In this document: positions 10,358 to 18,235 of the stretch, piece by piece
How positions within the stretch are numbered: position 1 is the stretch's first letter
How the letters are laid out: each line of letters begins with the position of its first letter
Source: Bdellovibrionota bacterium
GTDB lineage: Bacteria > Bdellovibrionota_C > UBA2361 > OMII01
Direction: 5' to 3'
Assembly: GCA_044356215.1 (NCBI GenBank)
Contig: JBIKWQ010000026.1
Location: forward strand, 1 to 42,137
DNA: 42,137 bases
Translations under genes and position numbers: made by a program
Notes under the pieces: model-generated
The model's database searches: none
The model's input: the letters and a program-made list of their open reading frames with translations, nothing else
What the model was told of the DNA's origin: nothing

Positions 10358-11889
10358 GCAATTGCTCTCGTATCAGCGATACACTCGCCAATCTTACCAT
10401 TAGAACTACTTGGAAAATCATTTCGAACGAGTCGCTCAACAACCTTTGCCGAGGTAACTACACCTGGCAGTCCACCACCCGGATGTACGCCAGCCCCGCA
10501 CAGATAAAGGTTCGGCACTCTATCCACCCGGTTGTGAAAGCGTCCCCAAGCGGATTGACTCAGAACTGGCGCGATAGAGAAGCCGGCGCCAAGAGGGCTC
10601 ATCAGAGTGTCACGAAAGTACCGAGGATCAACAGATTCGGCGAACTCAAGCTCCGCTTGGAGTCCTGGAAGCGCTCGTTCTTCAAGAATAGTTAGCACTG
10701 TCTTACGAAAGCGGTCCTCTTCATGTCTCCAGCTATTATATAGGCCTAGATGTGGGACAGGAGCCAACACATAGAAAAGGTCACCGTCGCTACACCGCAT
10801 CGATGGATCCGTCGCGGCAGGACGGTGTAGGTATAAACTCGGATCAGTAGGCAGGTCTGATCCATGAAAGATCTCATTTAACAGCTCTTCCCAGCGTTTT
10901 GATAGCACTATGGTGTGGTGAGCGACATCCGAGTATGCACGCCGCGTTTTAAAGTAAAGGACGTACAGCCCCATGCTCGAGCTGACGGTTTGGACACGCA
11001 AGCGTTCGGTCAACGAGAGCAATTTATTGTCCAATGTTGAGTAGAGGGTTCTAGGATCTCCACCCCAAACGGCCAGATCACATTGGAATGATTTTCTTTC
11101 TCCATTATTTAAAACATCCACCGACGTAATCCGCCTGTGTGAATCCGTGGTAAATTGGACCACCCTTGAGTTAAAATGAAAACGAATGCCGTGCCGTTTA
11201 CCGAGAGACACGAGGCTCTCAATAAGCCGCGAGGTCCCGCCCCTAGCGAACCAAATTCCACCTTTACGCTCCATAGCGTGAATCAACCCGTATATCGCGG
11301 TGGTAGTAATTGGGTTGCCACCTACCAACAGAGTCGGCAGGGAGAAGGCCTGCCTGATTCTCGGATCAGAGAAGTACTTAGCTGTATGACGCCACAGTGT
11401 TGTAAAACCGCCAAGTCGCGCCAAAGAGGGCAGCGTGGTGAGCATGGACACCAATGAGGAGAAGTCAGCGTCTCCTAGCTGCTCATACCCAACCGCGTAT
11501 AATCTCTCGCTGTGTTCAAGAAAACGGCGGTAGTTGCTAGCATCTTCTGGAGATAGCTTCGCGATCTCCCGCTCTTGCCGCTCTATCGATGGGACTAGGT
11601 CCATCTCGGTTCCATCAGCGTACACGATACGGTACCACGGATCGCAGGCGAGAAACTCGATTCGCTCATGTCGACTCTCTCCAAAAAGCTCGAAGAGTTC
11701 ATCGAAAAGCCAGGGGGCGGTTATCACTGTTGGGCCAGCATCAAAGGCGTGTCCGTGAAACAAGAATGACCGCGCGCGGCCACCAGCATCGGGACACGCA
11801 TCGACAACATCAACTTCGTGACCAAGAGCTCGCAGCCTCAGCGCGCTCGCTAAGCTTCCAGCTCCAGTTCCGACAACGACCGCTCTCAT
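10354..11889 (-). CDS. crtI: Phytoene desaturase
   Basis: MRAVVVGTGAG, FDAGPTVIT, NLYLCGAGVHPGGGLPGV; start moved to ATG 11889 because the upstream ORF extension crosses a terminator. Confidence 0.95.
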   Translation of the reverse strand: MRAVVVGTGAGSLASALRLRALGHEVDVVDACPDAGGRARSFLFHGHAFDAGPTVITAPWLFDELFELFGESRHERIEFLACDPWYRIVYADGTEMDLVPSIERQEREIAKLSPEDASNYRRFLEHSERLYAVGYEQLGDADFSSLVSMLTTLPSLARLGGFTTLWRHTAKYFSDPRIRQAFSLPTLLVGGNPITTTAIYGLIHAMERKGGIWFARGGTSRLIESLVSLGKRHGIRFHFNSRVVQFTTDSHRRITSVDVLNNGERKSFQCDLAVWGGDPRTLYSTLDNKLLSLTERLRVQTVSSSMGLYVLYFKTRRAYSDVAHHTIVLSKRWEELLNEIFHGSDLPTDPSLYLHRPAATDPSMRCSDGDLFYVLAPVPHLGLYNSWRHEEDRFRKTVLTILEERALPGLQAELEFAESVDPRYFRDTLMSPLGAGFSIAPVLSQSAWGRFHNRVDRVPNLYLCGAGVHPGGGLPGVVTSAKVVERLVRNDFPSSSNGKIGECIADTRAIA

Positions 11890-11927
11890 AGAATTGATGG
11901 TAACAAGAAAAGAACTTTGCAACACGC

Positions 11928-11958
11928 AAAAAAAAGCAGCGCCCGAGGGCGCTGCTTT
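11928..11958 (-). terminator. Intrinsic terminator after the rhodopsin gene
   Basis: Minus strand AAAGCAGCGCCCTCGGGCGCTGCTTTTTTTT: perfect GC-rich stem followed by a U tract. Confidence 0.85.
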
Positions 11959-11987
11959 AAAGGTCACATTCAAGAGAATAGAGCGTA

Positions 11988-12740
11988 TTACGCGTTCGAC
12001 TCAGACTTGCGAACCGCCACAACGTAAATAAACACGCCAAATACCGCCTTCGCCACAATGTCGGCTATCGTGTAGCCAATCTGGACATATGTAGCAACCT
12101 GAGCGCTACCTACGTTCGCGGCTGGAAAGAAATAGAGCGCGTAAACCACTGGGTAGAAACACCATGAAACTACCGTCAAATTACGCGCAGTTACAATCAG
12201 CTCTCTCACAGACTCGGGTTGCGAATTGATCGCCTTCGAGAGTCCAGAGAAGAGACTAAACACGATGTAAATAAACGGGATCATTGAGAAGAACCAAAAC
12301 TTAAATTTCTCCCCCATATCGGCAGAAACCTCGCCTGGATATCCTAGAAGGATCATCAACACGGCAGCACCTGCGAGTTTCTGTCCCTTTGAGATCGTCT
12401 CCTCTCTAGAGAGTCTCATAACGAGAATGAGCTCAATGAGAAGAAGAGGAACCGTCAGGAGCCAATCAACGTAACGATACGCGTCGTTGAACTTGTGTGC
12501 TGTTGCCTCGAGTCCAGTCTTAGTAACACTGTACGCCCCCTGCCACGAATCAAAGATCCTCCAGTAATGGTAAAAAGCGATTAGAGTTACGATACCACTT
12601 ATGGTAACTGCGGTTTTGTACTGTGGAGCAACTTGGCTGCGCCCTAAGAACAAAAATATTGTTGCGGCTCCCATTACCGCGATAGCGAAAGAAAAGGCAT
12701 TTGATACTAGCTCAAACTGCCCAACATTTAACATTTCCAT
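11988..12740 (-). CDS. Xanthorhodopsin-family light-driven proton pump (DTE motif)
   Basis: FNDAYRYVDWLLTVPLLLIE (D-T-E), YHYWRIF His, GYPGE, WCFYP, DIVAKAVFG retinal-binding Lys; adjacent to crtI-crtB-crtY-blh. Confidence 0.95.
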   Translation of the reverse strand: MEMLNVGQFELVSNAFSFAIAVMGAATIFLFLGRSQVAPQYKTAVTISGIVTLIAFYHYWRIFDSWQGAYSVTKTGLEATAHKFNDAYRYVDWLLTVPLLLIELILVMRLSREETISKGQKLAGAAVLMILLGYPGEVSADMGEKFKFWFFSMIPFIYIVFSLFSGLSKAINSQPESVRELIVTARNLTVVSWCFYPVVYALYFFPAANVGSAQVATYVQIGYTIADIVAKAVFGVFIYVVAVRKSESNA

Positions 12741-13128
12741 TTAGAGGTTCCTCTCTAGGTTTATTAGTTGTTATTAAAAACGTCGGACAATTTAACCGAC
12801 ATTTCTCTCTGTAGAGGTTGTAAACTCGAATCACGCCAGTGGCCAAGAAGCTAAGGTGAGGCAACGGCTAATGTTCTACCAAGCAAGACGCATTTCTGTT
12901 TTCATAAATGCAGTCGTAAAGGCGACCCTTAGTTTTAACGCGCTGAATATACAGAAGATAAGCCACATTTTACCTACTTTACTCACGCTAACGCTGGCCA
13001 TTAGGGCTGATAATTTATAACCAGAGGCCCACTTGAAATTTTATAAACGTCGTTTTTAGGTTTATAGCTGACAATCGTTAAAAGTACCTGTAATATTTTC
13101 CTTATAAGTGAAAACAAGCAGGTACTTC

Positions 13129-14325
13129 ATGCACTTCAGAAAGCGTCATATAGAGGCTATCTTACTAAAACGAATGAAGATATTTCCGGTTTTGGGTGTT
13201 GTCGGCCCGAGACAAGTGGGTAAGAGCTCATTCTTAATGAAGCAGTGGTGTCCAATACATCATGCGCAGTATCTGACCCTTGATAAGCTCGAGGTCGCGA
13301 CGAGAGCCCGCCGAGCCCCTGACCAACTTCTTCTTTCTAGTAGCTCTGACGCTAAACAACATTTAGTCATTGATGAGGTCCAAAAGGTCCCGCACCTATT
13401 CGATTCAATAAAAGCGATCGTAGATGAGCACCCGGGAGTGGGAAAATTCACTGTGACTGGCTCTGTAAATTTTTCGCGGAAAAGTGGGGTAAGGGAATCG
13501 CTTGCGGGCAGGCTTGGACTCACGAGGCTGTTTCCAATGACACTTTCAGAGCTCTACGATGGAGACGAGGATGCTCCTTTCATAAAGGGTGACTTCAAAA
13601 GAATCTCGAAATACCCATCATCGGCGGTGAAGGTTTGGCTTGAGCGCGGAGGAATGCCTCTTTTCTGTAAATTTCAAGACACCGCGGAGCGGCATAACGC
13701 GATCAGTAACTGGCTGGAAGCTATTTGCTATCGAGATCTGTATCAATTTAAAGACGGAGCTTATGATGGGGATCTCGCTATGGAGATCCTCAAAGTGATC
13801 GCGAGAAACTCTTCGCTCGTCGTGAGTAGCTTCGCGCAAGAGCACTCGGCTACCAGCAAGGTCGTGGAGCGCCATCTAAATTCGCTGGAGGACCTTCTTC
13901 TGATCCATCGTTTGCCCTCAGTTTCTAATCAACGCGCCAGGCCGGTGTTCCGAATATTTGATTCAGGAGTCATCTCGTTTCTGACGCGTAACCTGGAAGA
14001 GAGGGAGGTCCAGCATTCAGCTCTAGTTAGTTTTGTTTTAAATGAGATACTGGCTCAGCATGAGTATGATGGGAACGAGAAGGCCCGAATGTTTCACTAC
14101 CGCGAGCGTGGAGGAGCTGAGCTAGATCTTGTTTTAGAGACGGGAAAGAAGATGCTTGGAATCGAGTGCCTTCTATCGGCTGATGTTTCTGAGTATCGTC
14201 AGCGCGGAATGAAGTCGTTTCTAAATAAGTACCCCCGCGCGCAAGGGATCTTTATCGTGCCGGTAACGGAGGGATATAAGCTAAGCGACCGGATGCGAGT
14301 GGTGCCATGGGGGTGTGTTGGGTGA
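13129..14325 (+). CDS. AAA+ ATPase (AAA_14) with C-terminal DUF4143 domain
   Basis: GPRQVGKS, IDEVQKVP, TGS, ESLAGR, GGMP, FDSG, YRERGGAELDLV; ATG 13129 preferred over GTG 13108. Confidence 0.88.
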   Translation: MHFRKRHIEAILLKRMKIFPVLGVVGPRQVGKSSFLMKQWCPIHHAQYLTLDKLEVATRARRAPDQLLLSSSSDAKQHLVIDEVQKVPHLFDSIKAIVDEHPGVGKFTVTGSVNFSRKSGVRESLAGRLGLTRLFPMTLSELYDGDEDAPFIKGDFKRISKYPSSAVKVWLERGGMPLFCKFQDTAERHNAISNWLEAICYRDLYQFKDGAYDGDLAMEILKVIARNSSLVVSSFAQEHSATSKVVERHLNSLEDLLLIHRLPSVSNQRARPVFRIFDSGVISFLTRNLEEREVQHSALVSFVLNEILAQHEYDGNEKARMFHYRERGGAELDLVLETGKKMLGIECLLSADVSEYRQRGMKSFLNKYPRAQGIFIVPVTEGYKLSDRMRVVPWGCVG

Positions 14326-14343
14326 GGGGTGAGAAACGGTGAC

Positions 14344-14830
14344 ATGACTGAAATAGCAGATCCATATTCCACACACGCGGCGGTATATACGAAATTTTAT
14401 CAGCTAACATTAAGTCGGGCGGGTCTTTACTCACATGATTACGGACGGCGACCTCTTAGCGGCCATAGATTCGTGTCGAAGATCCTTGAAGCCGGGCGGA
14501 AGACTACTGGCCGATAATTATGAGGATACTCGTATACAGAAAACTCATTACTTTAACAGTACCATAAAGGTTGCCGATAAAGGCTCGGTGATCTCTCGGG
14601 TGTCCACTACCGAATTTGTTTCTAGTTCTCCTTTTTGTGTTACGGTAAGAGCATCCTATAGTGGTAATCTACATGGGCATGACTTTGAGTTCGATGATGT
14701 AATCGCGCACCGGGCGTTCGGCAGAACCGAATTCGCGCGTCACCTATCAGATGGTAGGCTAAGAGTCATAGATCAGGGTGATAACTTCGATGAGACTAGT
14801 TTTTATACAGTGGCATTGCGGGAGAGCTGA
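14344..14830 (+). pseudogene. Class I SAM-dependent methyltransferase remnant (internal deletion plus frameshift)
   Basis: N-terminus MTEIADPYSTHAAVYTKFY joined out of frame near 14413 to GRVFTHM...RRSLKPGGRLLAD; the SAM-binding motif I segment is missing. Confidence 0.65.
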
Positions 14831-14900
14831 TGGCTAGAGACAAGAGTCGCGGGATGTTTATGAAAGCAACAAGACTATACACAATTAACTCTTCCCGCGC

Positions 14901-15340
14901 CTACTCAACATCCCCAATCGGCTTCAAATAACTCATCTTGCCGTCTTTAACTTTAAATAGATCAGTCGACATGACTGTCTTTCCTCTCTGAATAGAGATC
15001 TTTCCCGATGCGCCTTCAAAGGGCTCAGCGGCACTGAAATATCTGGCGAATGATTCTTTGTCAGTTACTCCAGAGGCGATAGCTTTGCTTAGGACCATCA
15101 CAGAATCATAACACTGACTAGCTGGCACATCAGGCGCCGCTCCTCAAGAGCTAGCTGTGTTCCCTGCTGACAGTTCTTTCCCCATGAAGCCCATTCTCCG
15201 GTCATGGCGTAGATCGCGCCTACTTTTATGGATTCTGGGGTACTCGGCTGTACACTTTTAGGAGCAGCGCCAAAGTCTTGCGCAGAAGCAGAGCAGGATA
15301 TGAAGAGGGCTAGGGAATAGATTAGGTGTTTACTTGTCAT
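14901..15340 (-). pseudogene. LivK/LivJ-type ABC substrate-binding protein remnant (large internal deletion)
   Basis: Signal peptide and IKVGAIYAMTGEWASWG....G.QLA N-terminus joined out of frame near 15141 to the family C-terminus YDSVMVL..A...FEGASGKISI. Confidence 0.75.
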
Positions 15341-15344
15341 GGCG

Positions 15345-15662
15345 TTACGGGCGAGGCCTCCTATGCTGCGGAGAAAAATCAAGTGACAACCCCACTGAAC
15401 TTAGAACCGAGGTGAGAGTGCCAAGGGTTGGGTTCCCTTCGCCCGACAGGATTCGGTATAAGTGTTGTCGGCTAATCTTTGTTTTTCGAGCTGTAGTACC
15501 TATACTGCCAGATGCCTCTATCACGTTTTTTAAGGCTAAAAGAAAAGCATCCATGTCGCCATCTTTAAGCGTCTCATCTAGAGCCGCTTTTAGATATTTT
15601 GAAGCATAAGGCCGCGACGAGAGTCTCTTCAGCAAATCAGCTTTGTAATCTTTTGTTGGCAT
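15345..15662 (-). CDS. Addiction-module antidote protein (HI1420-like HTH antitoxin)
   Basis: YLKAAL...D...FLLAL..V..A.G....A.KT.ISRQHLYRILS.EGNPTL. Confidence 0.88.
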   Translation of the reverse strand: MPTKDYKADLLKRLSSRPYASKYLKAALDETLKDGDMDAFLLALKNVIEASGSIGTTARKTKISRQHLYRILSGEGNPTLGTLTSVLSSVGLSLDFSPQHRRPRP

Positions 15663-15674
15663 AACTTAAACCTC

Positions 15675-15849
15675 CTATTCCTCGCGGTATGCTTTCCAGT
15701 ACTTGAGAGCGGCCTTGATATCCTTTGCCTGGGACTTTTTGTCGCCACCAGCCAGGAGTAATACTAGGGCAGTCAAGCTCTTCAAACCACTCATCGAATG
15801 GCACGACTCCACTTGCGGTCTGGTATTTTTCAATCCGCCGTTTTTTCAC
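15675..15849 (-). pseudogene. Addiction-module killer protein (HI1419-like RelE toxin) with internal deletion
   Basis: YQTASGVVPFDEWFEELD joined out of frame at ~15771 to LVLLLAGGDKKSQAKDIKAALKYWKAY; the central part is absent. Confidence 0.85.
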
Positions 15850-15872
15850 TGCTAATCAGTGCCCTCCGCCAT

Positions 15873-15904
15873 ACAGTATGTCACATTTAAATGACATGCG
15901 ACAA
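15873..15904 (-). promoter_or_regulatory. Putative TA promoter with palindromic operator
   Basis: TTGTCG-N18-CATACT overlapped by ATGTCA-N8-TGACAT, about 25 nt upstream of the toxin start. Confidence 0.5.
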
Positions 15905-15921
15905 GTTTTATTAATTATCAA

Positions 15922-15994
15922 TAGGGCGTCGCAGTGTTTTTTGTAAGCTGCTGGGATAATGAGTAAAATATTTTTACCACTAAGGACGCAAAGG
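15922..15994 (-). mobile_element. Partial copy (one end) of the 163-bp MITE
   Basis: TAGGGCGTCGCAGTGTTTTTTGTAAGCTGCTGGGATAAT...TACCAC matches the reverse complement of the right end of the full copies. Confidence 0.75.
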
Positions 15995-16141
15995 TGGGGA
16001 GCTCTTACTACGCCAAGCCGTCGACTCTGTGTACTCGGTGTTCAATTTTATCCGCTACATGGAGCTCTCGGGCTTGCTCTTCTGATTTGACTCATCAATA
16101 CCGTCGCGCAATTATCACTTAACACTTGAGAACGTCCCCCA

Positions 16142-17104
16142 ATGACCACCGATCTCCGCGCCACACTATCTGCCGAAGCCCTGCGAGTTCCTCCGCCTAA
16201 ACCCATTCCACCCAACATATTCCTGGGAACGAGCACATGGACCTTTCCGGGATGGCGCGGCACTATCTACACCCGCGACTACTCAAGCGCGAAAGACTTC
16301 AATCACCACTGCCTTGAGGAATACGCCACAATCCCTTGGTTTCGCGCCGCATGCATCGACAGCCTCTTTTATAATCCACCATCACCAACTGTCCTCGAAC
16401 GCTACGCGGCGCAGACACCTGAATCGTTCCGGTTTGTCTCAAAGATCTGGGAGCGAATCACTATTATCTCCTATCCAAAACACGCGCGTTACGGCTCTCT
16501 CGCTGGCCAGCGAAACCCGGATTTCTTTAATGACACCCTAGTAAAAGAACGCATCCTTTCAGCGTATTCAGATCCAGCGGTACGCCAGCGCACTGGGCCA
16601 TTCGTGTTTCAGTTCGCTCCCTTCTCGTCATATTCGATGCCCTATGAAGAATTTATTGACCGACTCGCGGAGTTTCTCACCCGACTCCCTAACGACTTTG
16701 AGTACGCGGTTGAGATTCGCAACCCAGAGCTCCTTAACTCTCGCTATTTTGAGGCGCTAAACGCCTCTAAAGTGACTCACTGCTTTAATCACTGGAACTC
16801 AATGGTATCGATCAAAGATCAGATGATCGCCGCCGCGCGCGCAGGCGGGTTAAAAGCAGATTTCTTTGTGGCGCGATTACTTACTCCACTTGGAGTTTCG
16901 TATGAAGCCGCGGAGAAGCTGTTTGAGCCCTATGATAAAGTGCAACGGATAAATCACGAGATGCGAAACGATGTACTGACGATCGTCAAGCGAGCGATCG
17001 CGACCAACAAGAGAGCTTTTATTACGGCCAATAATAAAGCAGAGGGCAATTCAGCGATCACCATGGCTTCGATTGGGGCGTTGGTGGCGGGAATGAAAAA
17101 ATGA
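16142..17104 (+). CDS. DUF72 domain protein
   Basis: LGTSTWTFPGW.G.IY, DSLFY.PP, FRFVSK, GPFVFQF, AVEIRN, NNKAEG. Confidence 0.9.
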   Translation: MTTDLRATLSAEALRVPPPKPIPPNIFLGTSTWTFPGWRGTIYTRDYSSAKDFNHHCLEEYATIPWFRAACIDSLFYNPPSPTVLERYAAQTPESFRFVSKIWERITIISYPKHARYGSLAGQRNPDFFNDTLVKERILSAYSDPAVRQRTGPFVFQFAPFSSYSMPYEEFIDRLAEFLTRLPNDFEYAVEIRNPELLNSRYFEALNASKVTHCFNHWNSMVSIKDQMIAAARAGGLKADFFVARLLTPLGVSYEAAEKLFEPYDKVQRINHEMRNDVLTIVKRAIATNKRAFITANNKAEGNSAITMASIGALVAGMKK

Positions 17105-17149
17105 AGGGGAGAAGGGATGAAAGCTACGGTGGCGTCTAACTTTCTTATA

Positions 17150-17365
17150 ATCCTAGATTCGGCAGTTAAGGAGGATGAAAATGGCGCAGGTACTCAAAAG
17201 CACAACGGATTTTGAATTTTTCGGAGGCGCAACCCTGGCACGACTCGACTGAGCTCGCCGAAGTCCGTCAGGGTGAGCTCACGCCGAAGTCACCGAAAAT
17301 TCAAAAGCCGCAGTGATTTTGAGTAGATGCGCCATTTTCAGACCCGCAACTGTTGAATTTAGGAT
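17150..17365. repeat. ~215-bp long imperfect palindromic element (family B), copy 1
   Basis: ATCCTAGATTCGGCAGTT..TGAAAATGGCGCA..TTTTGAATTTT arms pair with AAAATTCAAAA..TGCGCCATTTTCA..AACTGTTGAATTTAGGAT; the loop holds two GAGCTC..GCCGAAGTC units. Confidence 0.8.
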
Positions 17366-17377
17366 AATACATCTCCG

Positions 17378-17740
17378 TCAGGCGATGTCAGCGTTCTTGA
17401 CAATCGATACTATCTCCTCCTGACTAGCCACTATCTCCCGCGTGAATTCCTCACCTTTCATCTGGGTAACCGCGAATCCATCTTCAACGCGCTCCGCGAA
17501 CACGCACGCGGTATCTCGGGCATCACAATCAAGGAACCACGCATTCTGTAAAGCTTTACGAGTTGTGCTGGTGATCAGTAGATACCCTCTTGAGCGGGCG
17601 ATCTCTAAACGCTCTATCTCATCTAGACGCAATCGGTGACGCACCTGCCTGCTGCCAACCTTACCTTTACTAGCCTTACCACGAATCAGTCTCGCTACAT
17701 CATCTTTGGTAGCACGAGGATCTATTTTAGATTTAGCCAC
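17378..17740 (-). CDS. Hypothetical protein
   Basis: 120-aa ORF with AGGAGG Shine-Dalgarno before GTG; no family recognised. Confidence 0.65.
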   Translation of the reverse strand: MAKSKIDPRATKDDVARLIRGKASKGKVGSRQVRHRLRLDEIERLEIARSRGYLLITSTTRKALQNAWFLDCDARDTACVFAERVEDGFAVTQMKGEEFTREIVASQEEIVSIVKNADIA

Positions 17741-17868
17741 TGTGAGCCTCCTTTTGGGTTGTGAGTATCATCTTGAGCGAAGATAGAAGTATCCCTATCA
17801 CGTGATCGAGATTATCCTATATCATCACGCGGTTTACGAGGAGCCGAGTTATCGGAAGGAACAAATCC

Positions 17869-18067
17869 CTAGCGAGGCCAAGGCCTCGACTTTGTGTCCT
17901 TTGAGTCCTCGGTGTTAAAAATTTGTCTGCGGCAGCACTAGCTTAGAGCCAAGCAAACCTGCTAGTGCGCAGCGTGTAAAATTTTTTCACCACTAAGGAC
18001 CCAAAGGACGCAAAGGAAGAGAGTCTTGGCGACACTGAGGCACACTCTCTGCGTCCCCTGCGGTGAA
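17869..18067. repeat. Cluster of REP-like ACCAC(A/T)AAGGAC.CAAAGGAC.CAAAG repeats (family C) in inverted arrangement
   Basis: 17890-17924 is the imperfect reverse complement of 17978-18015; a central GCACTAGC..GCTAGTGC hairpin lies between them. Confidence 0.65.
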
Positions 18068-18235
18068 CATAACCCGCGCCGTAAATCTTGCTGCAGAAAA
18101 GTATTCACAACCAACGACCGACGGAACACGTTTGACCTCCTTGAGCGCCGGATACCTAGTCTAGCGGATAATCTATCGAGGGAGTTGGAGTATCCGATCA
18201 GCGTAGTCAGTGGTAACGCTAATGATCCGCGACTC

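Noticed and set aside
11890..11973. N-terminal extension of crtI in the ORF track
   Set aside because: It crosses the terminator hairpin; the FAD-binding motif starts at Met 11889
12810..12824. TnnACA direct repeats upstream of rhodopsin as a CarH/LitR operator
   Set aside because: Only two units at 9-bp spacing rather than the ~11-bp tandem arrays expected, and no regulator nearby
14344..15849. Programmed frameshifting to explain the split ORFs
   Set aside because: Large conserved core segments are physically missing, so recoding could not restore the proteins
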